From positions 5,952,001 to 6,016,000 of the forward strand of contig CM007989.1 in the NCBI GenBank assembly GCA_002189035.1: DNA of 64,000 nucleotides, read 5' to 3'. Positions within the stretch are counted from its first letter, which is position 1. Every line of letters starts with the position of its first letter. Below the pieces are notes generated by a model. It saw only the letters and a program-made list of their open reading frames with translations. It was not told the origin of the DNA and did no database searches. The DNA is from Utricularia gibba. Its lineage: Eukaryota > Plantae > Magnoliophyta. The position numbers and the translations under genes are program-made. This document shows, in pieces, positions 12,601-26,369 of the stretch.

Positions 12601-15426
12601 TTTTCACTTATTGCGATGTCGCCTAACTCCTCATCCTTGTTGTGGCATTTGCGTATGGGCCATGTCTCTACCACCGCGGGTAGTCATTTACCCTTTCCTT
12701 GTAGTTTGGGTGATTACCCTTGTGATGTTTGTGAATCAGCCAAGTTCTATAAGTTGCTATTTCGCTTAAGTGAATGTCGCTCCATGGAGTCTCTCTCTCT
12801 AATTCATTGTGATGTTTGGGGTCCGTATAACATTCCTACTTATTCCGGACATTGTTTTTTCTTGACCATTGTGGATGACTATAGTAGAAGTACTTGCATC
12901 TCTCTTTTATCTACCAAAGCCCATGCATTTTCTGCCTTAAAGAATTTTCTTCCCATAGCCAAAACCCAATTTAATTGTACCGTCTACATCCTGCGTTCTG
13001 AAAATGGTGGGGAATTCACGAGAAAGAATTTACTTGATTGGATCCTATCTTTAGGAATTCATCCGGAAAACTCCTACCCTCATTCCCCTTAACAAAGCGG
13101 TGTGGTTGAGAGAAAACATTGCAGTTTGCTCAATATTGCTAGAGCTCTTATGATTCAATTTTGTTTACCGGATGAATATTGGGGGGATAGCATTTTGACA
13201 GCTACCTACATTCATAATAGGTTACTTTCTGCTCTCTTAGCTTGGAAATCACGCATAGAGGTATTGCTAAACCAGCCTCCTTCATATTCTCATATGAGAG
13301 TTTTTGGTTGCTTGTGTTATGTAGCAAATTTAACCCCTTTAAAGGATAAGTTCTCTTCTAGAGTCCTTAAGTGTGTCTTACTTGGGTATCCTGCCAATCA
13401 AAAAGGATATAAATTCCTAGATCTTTCCACCAAAACTACTTTTGTATCTCGAGATGTGAAGTTCTATAAAAATTTATTTCCTTTCAAATATTCCCTGAGG
13501 GGTAATCTGGACACTTTGGACCCTATGTTGCCATTTTTTTGGAGCGAAGAAGTACACTCAGATTGAAGTTACTATGATTGTTTTTCCCCGATAGTAAAAT
13601 GGTCACCATTTGTGTCATTATTGCTCTCACTGCTGCTCATGATTGATTTTTGCATCAACTAGATATTACTAATGCATTTCTTCATGGGCACTTAGATGAG
13701 ACTATATACATGCATATTCCTGATGGTTATTCTCGTTGAAAACCGGGTGATGTATGCCTTCTACAACATTCGCTTTATGGATTGAAGCAGACATCCCATC
13801 AATGGAATATTGAGTTGATGAATGCATTGCTATCCTTTGGTTTTATTCAATCTAATGCTGATGCATGCCTCTTTATGCTTACTAATGGTGATGTGCATTC
13901 TCATTTGGTGATTTATGTTGATGATATCTTGGTGGTTGATCCAGATTTGGCGATTATTTGTGGGATAAAATCATATTTATGTCGTCTGTTTACAATTAAG
14001 GACATGGGGGATGCAACCTTTTTTCTTGGACTTGAATTGAAATGTACAGGTACTGGGTTTTTCCTCTCGCAACAAAAATATGGATCTGATATTGTGGCTG
14101 ACTGAGGCATGGAGGACAGTACCCCGGCTCTTACACCTCTTCCAAAAAATTTTGACTTCGGGATTCCTAGTGATGGTTTAATTTTGGATGAAACCCGTTA
14201 TCGCCGTCTAGTGGGGCGTTTACTTTATCTTGGGTTCATGCATCCCGATTTGGCTTATGTCACTCAGCAACTTAGTCAATTTGTGAACCATCCCACTGAT
14301 AGACAATGGATCGTAGCTAAGCGGGTGGTGCGTTACTTGAAGGGTTCTCTTACCTGCAGTTTGTTCTTTCCTAAGAATTTAATGTTACACCTTGAAGGCT
14401 ATTGTGATGCCGATTGGGCTTCTTGTCCCATCATTCGTAAGTCGATCTCGGGCTACTACATTTTTCTCAATCCTTCTCTGATCTCTTGGAAAGCTAAGAA
14501 ATAGAATGTGGTGGCACATTCTTCGGCAGAGGTCGAATATCGTAGCTTGGCATTAACTATAGTGGAGTTACAATGGCTTTCCTTCTTATTGAATGATCTT
14601 TCACAAGTTGTTCCTTCGCCTATTTCCCTTTCGTGCAATAATCAAGTGGCTATGCATGTTGCCTCCAATCTAATCTTTCATGAACGGACCAAACATATTA
14701 AGGTTGACTACCATGTTGTCCATGAGCAACAAAAATCTGGTTTTTTGTCTTGTCTTTTTGTTCCCTCGCAGGCACAACTCGCCGATGTCTTTGCTATGGC
14801 ACTTGGCACTCAGTAGTTCTCCTCACTCATTGGCAAGCTGGGACTCTATGATCTTTCGCCCGTCCCGCTTGACGGGGGGTATTGAAGGTGCCATTGGCTG
14901 CCAAATCAACGTCCGAAAACGCTGATGCTTAACTTCCTTTTGATCTTGTTTTTAATGCTTTTTTTATTTGTTTATTTGGTTGTAGTGGGCCATAAGCCTC
15001 GACCTATATATACACCATGTATAAGTGTAGAACACTTACAATCTAGAAAAATTTTCTTGCAACGTCGAGGACTCTCGTGTTCTTTTTCTTTTCTTTTTTG
15101 AAAAATAATGTCCTCGTTTTAATTTATTTCAAAATTTGAATTGAAAATATACCAAAATTTCATAATTTAACTAATTCTTATAATTATTTTTTGAAAACCA
15201 TGTGATAAATATGAGTTGGACCCACAGGTTAGCTCAACTCGTATATACCTATGCAATTTCCAAGAACTTGTAGGATATAGATTGGGTTGGGCGAAGAGTG
15301 TAACCCAATAAGCCAATCTGTGCATAAGTACATTTTAGACTCTGATACATAGTTTCGACCAGTCAAGTTACAACATGTTTCGGACTAAACCTACAATCCT
15401 TTGGATCTTACCTGTGCCCACCACTA
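9611..15426 (+). mobile_element. Non-autonomous hAT transposon hosting a nested Copia
   Basis: Imperfect 12-bp TIRs TAAGAGTGGGCA (9611) / TGCCCACCACTA (15415-15426). 8-bp TSD TTATTTAT (9603-9610) / TTATTTAG (15427-15434). hAT dimerisation-domain remnant at ~10110-10325 (STIPLESAFSTSERILTKKRSKFDPNILDDCVCLNN*). Confidence 0.8.
10598..15104 (+). mobile_element. Old Ty1/Copia LTR retrotransposon (Ale/Retrofit-like gag), defective
   Basis: LTRs 10598-10822 and 14880-15104, about 85% identical by eye, both starting TATTGAAGG. Degenerate Met PBS TGGTATCTAAGCCA (10823-10836). PPT GACGGGGGG before 14880. gag, protease (WVVDTGAT), integrase (HCDVWGP, SENGGEF), RT (IYVDD) and RNase H (YCDADW) are all broken by stops or frameshifts. 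No clean TSD. Confidence 0.9.
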
Positions 15427-15568
15427 TTATTTAGAAACATCAGACATATACATTTTTTCTAATAATTTATTTTTTGAAATAATTTAATTTTTATAGATAA
15501 TATTTTTATAATCATTATTATTTTATTTATTTATATATATCTTTAAAATAATTATATAAAACATCATG

Positions 15569-15569
<1 letters not shown>

Positions 15570-15615
<46 letters not shown>
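15570..15615. repeat. (TA)n microsatellite, about 23 units
   Basis: Uninterrupted TA run. Confidence 0.95.
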
Positions 15616-15617
<2 letters not shown>

Positions 15618-16099
15618 AAGTTACAAGCATACATAGTGCATTTATATGAGAAAATTTGTTAAAGAAAAATGTGATTGTGATATTATATAGTGAAATGTAT
15701 GGACATGCCTTATTCATACTTATGAATTGATATGTGATTCATGAGCGTCTTTAATATGAGAATTTCCTTGTTATTTGATGGAGATACGACGTGCAAATAC
15801 TAATAATATAATTAAATAATAATATAACACATGTCCAAATGGAGAACATTGCAAATTACACTTAATGCTTTCTAGGATTATAGTTCTGTATTATTTATTG
15901 ATGTAGCCCATCTATATAGTTATTATGGATACAAGTTAATTATCTATATCGTCATTAATATAAAAATTGTGTTTGTCCTATTGCATATGTTTTTGTTATA
16001 GAAGAATCTAGCTACGATTGGGTTTGATTTCCTACACAACTAATTGGATTGTCGCTCATACTCATCAGGATGCATCTTTTATCAAGAGAATCATCAATA

Positions 16100-16830
16100 C
16101 TGTGTTTTCCATATTTAGAAGAATATAGTAAGTCATAGGTAAAGAATCACCAACTATTTATGAATTAGTTAGAAAAGCAACGTATATTACATCGGAATGC
16201 ACCTAGAATTGAGTGATTGAGCAAATTCAAAATCGATCTCAAAAGTCATGTGACAATCAATAAGGAAATATGAATGCTATTTTATTATTTATGAAGAGTG
16301 AGTTATGTAGTATATTTATTTACTATAAAAAAATTACTTTTAAATACATAATAATATTGCATAATCATATTATTATGACAACAAACCATATAGAAGCAAT
16401 GAATCGAGTTTTACATGGTATTTGTCATCAACTTCCAACACAAATAATGAAGGCATAAAATAGTAAATTATATTATTGCTAATACATGATATACTAAATA
16501 CATATTCATATTCAATTTATTTTTAATAAGGACCAAGAGTACTTTGAAAGATATAGATAAACATGTTAATAATATTAATGTCAAATACTATATGGTTGAA
16601 TAATAAATGAGTCATACAATAACTCACATAATAAATACAATACTGTCATTGCACAAAATAAGACTTACATTATACAATGTACGACTCAAGAAATTTTATA
16701 ACTCGTGTAATCTTGATGCAAACTCATTCTTTGTGTACATTCACAATTGATGTCAGAAATTGCAAATTTGAATGTGAGATTTGACAATTCCACTTATATG
16801 TATGTTGTGATGTCTAAAAGTTAATTTTAT
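16100..16830 (+). mobile_element. Degenerate Mutator (MULE) transposase remnant
   Basis: MTTNHIEAMNRVLHGICHQLPTQIMKA (~16375-16455) matches the MuDR motif MTTN..E..N..L...R.LP. A decayed SWIM-like piece TIDVRNCKFECE lies at ~16740-16780. Confidence 0.5.
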
Positions 16831-18324
16831 ATTTGTATAATTATATAATATTGGATTTATTTCATATACTCAACTATAAATGCATGTCATCACTTTTAAA
16901 TCAATCAATGGGATAAGTCATCCATATATTTTAAGACTTTTTTATTTGTAGATACATATGCACCACAAATCCATCTTTTTCTAAATGAGAGGATTCAATA
17001 TTACTTATTCTTTCTATAGATCCATCTCAATTTTCAGACTTCTCTGAGATGTGGGCATCAGCCACAAGAAGTGCATGATTCTCATGACTTCACTACACAA
17101 AACCCAGAAGCATCTGAACTAGGTTTGACACATGAACCTCATACTTGTCATTTTGATGTAGAAGATTTTTCGATACATGTATCCGATAACAATCAACTGA
17201 CATGAAGACGTCGTCCTCAAAGTCGATGTCTACCAAATATAGTAGACATGAGACAAGATGTGAATCTAATTCCTATCGATGTTCAAATCGATCACAATTC
17301 ATCATTTAAGCATTCATCATATATAAGGATATCATTAACTCTTCAAATTCCTTTGACTCAAATAGATATATATTCTTTATCATATGATTTACAATTATCA
17401 AAAACCTCATTGACACTTGATCTTGATCTTTATGAGTTCATACTTAAACTATTATACCAATCTATTTTTCTATTTAAAAGAGTTATTCCATGTTTTTTGC
17501 ATTCTAATCCAAGAAATAATTCTTAATAATATTTTATGAAACATTATGTACAACTCTATAATTTTTTTTGTGATGTTTAATGTGAAATTTCTTATTTATA
17601 TCTTTTAATATGTTACAAAATAATAAAAAAATCATGCGAAAAAGATTATAAAAGAAAATACGATATTGAATTTATTTTTTAATCAATAGATATTAATTAG
17701 TTAATCTTCATAAAGTTTTTTATTAAATAATAAAAATATTTGATGAGGTTTATTTTCATTTGTCAATTGTATGTAAATTATTAAAAATATTGATTTTCTG
17801 AAACTTTTACAATTAATATAAAAATGTAATTGTATTCGAAAAATTAAAATCCTTTATATTAAATAAGAAAAATTGCACTAACACTCCATAGCAATTAAAT
17901 TTTGTTACATTTTTTAAACTAAATTAATAATGTAAAAAAACCAATTTATATTTGATATCAATTATGGAATCAAAAGGAATATAATTTAGTTGGGTAATCA
18001 ATCGAATTTGTATATTGCTGTCAAGTACTGAATAGTTAAACAGATTATTTTAATAATTTTTAGATAAGTTGCATAAAATATATAAATACATTTGTATGTG
18101 TATCTTAGTTATTTTGCAAATATATTTCAAAAACTCAATTACTTTACAAATACCAAAACCAGCGTAGCTATATTTGGAATGATAAACCAACTTACAAATT
18201 ATATAATATTTTTTAGTTAAGAATTTTGTAATACTCTATATCAAGCGGATCTTAATTTTTTTCCTCATTCCTTTGGGTTCCCCTGAAGTCTATGGTGGCC
18301 GAGTTCTGCCGCACTTAACAAGAA

Positions 18325-20241
18325 ATGTTGTCAGGTATCTTTCATTTTCGCCATTTCTGAATCCGCGTGATTTTCGTATGATTGCATTAGTATCTTTGTC
18401 AACACGCATGGAAGGTGCTTGTGAAAATGCTCTATGAAACCTTTATTATCCTGTCTACGAAATCATTTTTTTTTTCGTTCCAGTCAAGGCACATTTAAAC
18501 TGCTGTTTTGGTGGGAGCGGTGCTACTCTAAACGATGTCAATACATTCTTTTTTGCTACAGGTGTAAATGTGGAGGTGCAGTTTATGCGTGAAGTTTTTC
18601 ATATTCAGGAAAAAAGTCGCGGTACCGTTGGCAAAAAACCCTTGGCGGTTTCGTTTATTGATTTGTTCAAACTAATTGAACTTTGATTTGAGCTTCTAGT
18701 CTTAGACCAGTTGTCAGAGAAAACATATTCACAATGTATAAATGCTTTGATTTTCTATAAACTTTGAAGCAATTATGTAAGTTACGATAAGGAGATTTCT
18801 AGGGGCCTGTATCTGGAGAGGCAGCAGGTGATGAAGGGAATAGGAATCTCTGCGACTAGCCCGTTGAGATATGAATTTTTCCTTGTATAATATCTACAAT
18901 GGTTCGAGCATTTATTATCTCATTCTATGTTGAAGATCGAATTTGATGCCTATTTGTACAATGAGAACCCTTTAGTCACTTATACTCCACATGCCCTTTC
19001 TTTATTGTTGATGCTATCCATTTGACAATATAATGTATGGAAGATTATCTTGGTAGTCAAGATATCTTTTCTACAATGACCGAAAATTACTTTCTGGATA
19101 TGTGCATAACTGTGTGGTTAGGGGGTTAGCCATGTGTTCAAGATAATTTTTTTTTGCTATCATTTTAGGTGTAACCTGCAGGACTGCCACTTGCAGATAT
19201 ATATCTACCTAGCAGACAAGTCCCCAGGAGAATGAGAATTAGGAGCTTGCTGAATCAGTCACAAAAATTATCTTCTGACCCAGAGCATGAAAAGAGAAGA
19301 CCTCTAGTTAAAATGTGCGGAATTACATCAGCTAGAGATGCTGCAATGGCAGCAGAAGCTGGTGCTAATTTTATTGGGATGATTCTTTGGCCAAATTCCA
19401 AAAGGTCCATTCCAGTTTCTGCTGCGAAAGAGATTTCAAAGGTGGCACGTCAAAATGGTGCTGAGCCTGTTGGCGTTTTTGTTGATGATTGTGCGGATAC
19501 CATTCTAAGGATTTCTGATGAAGCGAACCTTCAATACGTGCAGGTTGTATTGACTATTCTAACAGTAATTTTTCATTATCTGAATTTCATGCATTTCTTC
19601 TTTTCCGTGCAGCTCCATGGAAATGCTTCTCGTGATGCTTTTCAAATCGTCAAGAAATATAACAGAGTGATATATGTTCTCCACGCAAATGAGGATGGGG
19701 GCATATTGAATTCACTCTCTGATGAAGAATGCTCTCTTACTGATTGGATTCTTGTTGACAGTGAGAAAGGTGGCAGGTAAAGATATCCAGTCATGTTTTG
19801 CCTAGCTCCATTTTTTTTTTTTTTTTTTTTGCTTTCCATCTTTTCTTTATGTGCAGCCTTAGTGATAAGCGTATGTTATATCATCCATTTCAAGTGGTTA
19901 ATTAATTTTCTAATTTGGGGAGCACAGATATCGAATTGGTGAAGCATAACCATGAAAACAAGTACTGCGGTTCTACGGGGAAATTAACATCTACCTTGTT
20001 TTGGATTGCTTGCAGTGGAAAAAGTTTCAAATGGTCCAACTTGAAGCTTCCTAATGTTATTAGCAAGCAAGGATGGTTTTTAGCTGGAGGAATAAAGCCT
20101 GAGAATGCATATGAAGCTCTGTCTACCCTTCGGCCTAATGGGATCGATGTTAGTAGTGGCATTTGTGCTCCTGATGGCATTACGAAAGATCACACACGAA
20201 TACTTAACTTCATGAAGGCTGTCAATTCTGTGCATTACTGA
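18325..20241 (+). CDS. PAI1: Phosphoribosylanthranilate isomerase, plastid-targeted (5 exons)
   Basis: Exons 18325-18334, 18562-18621, 19182-19543, 19613-19776, 20016-20241 with GT-AG sites and consistent phases. Motifs [43 protein letters not shown]. Confidence 0.93.
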
Positions 20242-21696
20242 GTATGAAGCCGAAGGGCGCAGCATCCACAAGCTTCCAAGTGCTTTCTCACTCAAGTTGC
20301 CAATTTAATATTTCTAAGCCCATGCTATTATTGCTTATAAGTGAAAGAAGCAAATATAGCTTTTCTTTTTTCTGATGAATGGTCATTGGTTTTGATCATG
20401 AAACCTGAATTCGCATGATTTGTTGCTCTGTGGCATCATGATTCTTGTGTTCCCTTAATCAATTTCTCTTGTTGAAATCAACTATATCGATCATCCACTC
20501 CATTGGGTGGAATAGAATGGGTTGGGCAGAATTTTTGATGCTTAGGCCTAATTTGGTAGGAAAGATGGAATCGAGATAGCTTGGTTCTATTTAGGATTAT
20601 TCATGTGTTTAAATTTATGTAGGATTTGCAAATTATTCAGGGTCATGGCTATAGGACATGAATTGGACTTGGGATCTGTTTGATAGTAGACTATACTACC
20701 ATTGTCACTGACGTAGTGATCGTTTCTCATACTTTTCCAGGAGAAGCCCAAGCAAGTGAAATGGAAATGGCCCTGATATCTGAGGCTCTTTGTAATATTT
20801 TTCTAGTACTAGCTTACCTGCTTCTGTATGCGCAATCATAAATTAGCATTCATCAAAAGAATGGTTTATGATGATACGAAATTTCCAGTCTCTCTTGACT
20901 TAAATTCTGAACTTCCAGCCTCTATTAAATGATAGTGTGGAATTTGAGGAAACAGGTGATGAATGAGTCCCAATGTCATGGTGGGTGTTGTTCCCCATCC
21001 ATAGTCACGATCGAGTGTTGTAAGCGCCCCTCTCAGGTAATTCCATTCCTGTTCAATAAAAGTTTTCATGTCAGTTATCAATAGGTTCTGAGGAAGCGTA
21101 TTCGTTTTTATACAGATCCTACTATTTAATTTAACCAATGAATTCTCAAGTTCTGATGAATAAAAATTCTATATTAGATGAGTATTTGATTCTACCTGTC
21201 CACGGCACCAAGGAAGCTTGTCATCGTGGCCATGATGATGCAGGTAGGCAACCAAATCAAGCCGCATAAAAAATCCAATTCAAAGGCTTAATAAGCAAAC
21301 TTAGGAGCAGTACAGGAGATTCTTGTTTTCTACATTGATTATAGTCATTCTGAGTTACCTCATTCTAATTGTCCAAGTTTATCCATCATTGAATTCACCA
21401 GTTGTGAATGGGAGCTTTGAAAATGATGTCTTCCAAATTAGAGAATATAAAAATTGTACAATAGATACCCTTGTCAAATGAAGTAATTTTGATATTTAAT
21501 AAATAATGATAAATTCATCATTTTACGATATAAATCACAAATATAAGCTCTGTATACTTTTCAATTAAACATAAATAACATAATAGTATACTTATTAAAC
21601 AAAAAAGTTTTACTGGTATGGTAACCTACACCTTAATAATTCAAATCAAAGTTTGCTTATTAAAGAAACAGCATTTGCTGCTTTGGACTATGGATT

Positions 21697-23429
21697 ATGG
21701 AGTATACTTCTGTTTCATTTTGCTGTGCTTGTTACGGCTTCGCTCCCGATAACCAGCACTCTTACCGCCAGTTCGGCGCTCATCTTCCAAGAAATGTTTC
21801 TCGGCATGCGAAGATTCAGTGCACCAGTCATAGTGTTCTGAAACATTGCTACGCTAAAGAGACGAGACAGGCCGGTCGCGATAGCGGATATACTACTTTC
21901 TCAGACACTACGGAATCACGGTTTCCAGGAAGGGAAGAGGCGGGAGGGTTTGGGTTGAACATGTGGCTCGGTGATTTGAAATCGGTGTTGGGTCAGAGGC
22001 TTAATCTTCAAGGTTTCACTTATGCCATTAGGGTTATTACAAAAGACAGAGAAATGGCAGTGCCTCATCTACGTGTACCCGACGTTAGTTATATTGATTG
22101 GGCACTGCTGAAGAGTAGGGGCTTCGAAGGTGTTGTTTTTGATAAAGACAATACTATAACTGCTCCGTATTCTCTGTCTCTATGGCCGCCTCTTGAATCA
22201 TCCATAATGAATTGCAAATCTGCTTTTGGGAAGAATGTTGCTGTTTTCAGCAACTCAGCTGGTGAATTAAGTTTCTATCCTGCAAATATACCATAGCAAT
22301 TTTTTCTTGTGTTTAATTTTTCCTTGTTTTAGATAGTTGATATTGTTTATTGTGTGAAATTTCAGGTTTGCACGAGTATGACCCAGATGGTGTAAAAGCT
22401 ACCGCTGTGGAGGATGGAATTGGAATAAGTGTTATACGTCACAGTAAGTTTGGTTCTTTGATGAAGGTCTTCAACGATTCTGTCCATTTTTTAGTAGAAA
22501 GTTATCCTTTGTAACGCTTAGTTTTGGTGCATTTTGGCTTTTGAAAAAAATCTAGGGGCTAAGAAGCCATCTGGATGTGCTGATGATATTGAACGGCACT
22601 TTGGGTGTGAAGCCTCTCGACTCATCATGGTACTGTTGTTTCTCTCTATTTTATTATGTTGGAATATGATTACGAAAGTGAGTTTGCAGGTGGGGGATCG
22701 GCTGTTAACTGACATTGTTTATGGGAACCGGCATGGTTTCTTCACAATATTAACCGAACCATTCAGTTTCGCAGAGGAGCCTCTGATTGTCAGGCAGGTT
22801 TGTTAATTACCTATCTTCTGTTACCTCGCCACCGTTTTTTCATGTGTTAAGAATAATCCAAGATTGTTAGTAAGGTTTTCCCCTATGATCCTAGCAGTGT
22901 TTTGCAGGTGCTTGAATCCTGCGTGTTCTTATCTTACTCGAAATTTTTGGGGGTTTTTTTTGGGGTTTAACTTTGGATCAAAAAAACAGACGTATTTTGG
23001 GGAGCTTCTGCTGGTTGAGGATTGACTAAGATTCAAGGCAGATTCATATTCATCTACATTAACAATTGACTGTCCCTGGAAGTTGTCATACTGAGTGAAC
23101 AGCAACTCCCTTTATGCCAAGAATGATTACGTTACATGAAAGAAAATGTTCCTCTGCAGTATGCATTTCATGATCAGATTATGTTTAATTATAGAAGCTG
23201 CAAGTCAATCTAGAAACAAAAGAGTGGCACCTTTTATGAGAACACAATCCAGAGTTTGTTGTAAATATTTGTTTTGGATCAATCTGAGATTAAAAAGCTT
23301 ATTTTGATACTGCAGGTAAGGCTTATTGAAAGGGCTATTCTGAAGCAGTGGTCAAAGAAGGGGCTGAGAGCATCCCATCACAAGCTCATCTCAGATCCTG
23401 AAAAATGCGTTATAGATCCCCATGTCTGA
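21697..23429 (+). CDS. PGPP1: Phosphatidylglycerophosphate phosphatase, HAD/YqeG-like, plastid (5 exons)
   Basis: Exons 21697-22261, 22366-22443, 22556-22629, 22690-22797, 23316-23429. HAD motifs VVFDKDNTIT, FSNSAG, KKP and VGDRLLTDIVYGN. Confidence 0.88.
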
Positions 23430-24138
23430 TGAGAACCACAAGTAAATATAGTTCATTAACACCCAAGTATTTCACAGCCTATGATTATTTTCCTCAAATC
23501 TAAATGCCTCTGATCAAGTCTTCAATTATTTGATTCTTACCATCATTGGATTCATGAAATCATTATGAGTAAATCAATAATGCATCATGCGCAATTGGGT
23601 GGAGTATTGCAACGTTTCTTGCGAATATATATCTCTCATTTTTGGTGGTTCCTTGGCCTGTAAATGGATTACCTCATTCCCCTTTCTTCAGATAAGACTT
23701 AATTGAGCACCATTTGTTTGAAGTTTTTTCAAAATATCATGAACAATAGTTTTAAAGAGTTATGAATCTTAAAAAAAAAAAAAAAAATTAGGTGACTACC
23801 AGGCAATCCCACCCAAGTATCATCCCATGAACTCTCTAACCGTTTGAATGTAGGTTGACTTTACGTTGTTATTTATTGCACGATAGGCCTATGGGTGCGG
23901 AAGAATTAGTTCGATTCAATAAATAATCGAGATAAAATCATATTAATCATAGTCATTTGTAATTGAACTTCAATTCAGCACTCATCCGACCGAAATTTGA
24001 CGGGTGCCGTTTGAATTTGGATTGGGCCGGCCCAACCTTCACCCCGAGTCACTCGTAACGTAACGTTATTCCTTGCAATAAAACAACTACTAAACAAACA
24101 AACAATGAATCGGGATTATTCAATTCAATTCGTTCACA

Positions 24139-26369
24139 TCATCTCCTCTTGTTCTTGCTCCCGAGGGAAAGTGAGAAATAAAAGAGAATCCTGAAGAAGA
24201 AGCCCCACGCGAGCGTAACCCATAAGCATTGCCACTTAGTCAAATCAGTAATCCCTTGCCGCCGGAGAATATCCGCCCCCGTTGTCACGCACGTGGTGGA
24301 AGTTATGTTAACCCCCAGCGTGCTGCTCAGGCCGACCAGTAGATTCGTCTTGACCGCCGCCGGAGCCGCCACCAACGGCGTCGTGTCGAACATTTGGATC
24401 CCTCGAACGAAGCACTTTGCCGGATCGTCAAACTCATTTTGGAGGACGGCTTCGTATGGGTACTTCACTAGAGATATGTAGTGGAACCAAATCCAGTACG
24501 CCGGAATCCGCTCACGGGAGATGAAGAAGCCGCTGAATAGAAGGAAGTAGGCAAGAATCGCCACCACGATGGTGTAACCTGCCGGAGTTCACAATATTAA
24601 GTTTTTTGAAATTATTATTAACGAAGGTGATAGAAGAAATGCTTCACAATGTGTGTACCGAGCATGACGTGAGTAACGACGCCGGAGAGGAATGTGACGA
24701 AGGAGCTGCCTGCCCAGAAGGAGGCGACGATAATGAGGGCATAGAACAAAAAGCTTCCGTCGAGACCCACCGACCAGAAAGTAATCGCCGCGAACACCAC
24801 CGCCAGAAGAATCAGCGACGGGATCGAGACGGCGGCGTGAGCCAGAACGTAAGACCATCTCCGGTAAGCGTTGTAGGCCGTTTCCCGGAGAAAAATGTAT
24901 CTTTCCTGTAAGAAAACCGGAAGCGCATCGGCGCAGGTGTAGAACGTCGTCGACATCGCGAACGCGAAGAATCCTAATCTCTCCTGAACACCCCGCGGCG
25001 AATTATCCAGCCTCCAGAACATGGTGGCTAAAATTACTCCGGTAACCACCACGGCGGCGAGGCGGATCCCGAACAGCTCAGGCATACGCCAGGAGTTGGT
25101 AAAAGATCTCCTCGAAAGCACTGCCATTTCGACCCAGAATGGATTAGCGAAGGTAGGTACCATCGAATTTGGCCTGCTGCGCCCGTTGGTGGCGCCGGAG
25201 ACGAGTTTCCCCCTGGAAACGCTTGCAGTTATCGCTTCTTTAAGCGACAAATTCGTCACCTCGTGAAGCTCGGGTTTGATCTGATCTCCCTTCATCTTGA
25301 TTTGCCACGATTTATTGAAATCGACCAAGGCTTTCGTTCCTCCAGGGGAAACCTCAAGCTCTTTAATCAAATCAAGGGCAAATTCTGTGCGATTATGGGT
25401 ATCCGGAATTGGCCGGCCGAAATCTGAGAAAAATAACGGCAGAGCCGACGGCGGCCCACTGTAGGCCGTTCTTCCCTTCGACAGAAAGATCATGTGATCC
25501 AGCAAACTGAGAATTCGGTAACTTGGTTGATGGATCGACATGATCACGATGCTCCCACTCTGCGCGATCCTCTGTAGCACTTTAACCACCATGAAAGCGC
25601 TCGTGGAGTCCAATCCCGACGTGGGCTCATCGAGAAACAGCAGAATGGGGTCATGGATGATGTCCATTCCAATGGAAACCCGGCGGCGTTCCCCACCGGA
25701 CACTCCGCGGTGTCCCTCGTCGCCGATGACTGTCCCCGCCGCGGCCCTCAACCCTAGCTGATCGATCAGAGCTTCTACCCTTAGTTTCTTCTTGGTTTTG
25801 GAAAGCGTCCTCGGGAGACGGAATTCAGCAGCGAACATCAATGTTTCTTTTACAGTGAGCATCGGGAACAAGAGATCATCCTGCATAACATAAGCTGAAA
25901 TAGCCTTCAAAAGGCTGGATTCCAACTGCTCCCCGTTCAGAGTAACAGATCCTTTCAAACTTCCCTTAGACATACGATTCGCCAAAGCGTCAATCAAAGT
26001 TGATTTCCCGGACCCCGAAGCCCCCATAACCGCCATGATCTCCCCATCACGAGCCTCCCCACATATATCCTCAAGAATCACCTTACCAGACCCGTCTCCT
26101 CCAGAGCCATGACCATGACCATCCGGGGGACGAAGACAGAAGCGACGCCGTTTCTTGACCGTATACGTGATGTTCGAGAACGACAGAAGGAAGGGGAGCG
26201 CGCATGGAGGTGCGACCTCGATCACTTGATGCAACGGGGACTCGTTACGAGCATCTCCGACGCATTTCAGGAGATGGCCGAGGGTGGTGGAAGAACGGAG
26301 CTGCTGCTGCTCCATGGGGGCATCTGACGACGACAAGTTAGTGGCTGTGAGTGCGACCACCCTATTCAT
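24139..26369 (-). CDS. ABCG half-size transporter (ABCG1/2/6/16/20 clade), 2 exons
   Basis: Likely start MNRVVA at 26369. Exons 26369-24659 and 24578-24139 (80-nt GT-AG intron 24658-24579). Walker A GASGSGKS, signature VSGGERRR, Walker B LFLDE, ABC2 membrane domain, C-terminus GSKNKRR. Confidence 0.92.

Noticed and set aside
24022-24035. 14-bp palindrome TTGGGCCGGCCCAA (two site-II motifs) between convergent genes
   Set aside because: A single short motif downstream of both genes, with no identifiable RNA gene or ORF it could drive.
24589-26327. Several plus-strand ORFs opposite the ABCG gene
   Set aside because: Expected shadow ORFs of GC-rich coding sequence, with no motifs.
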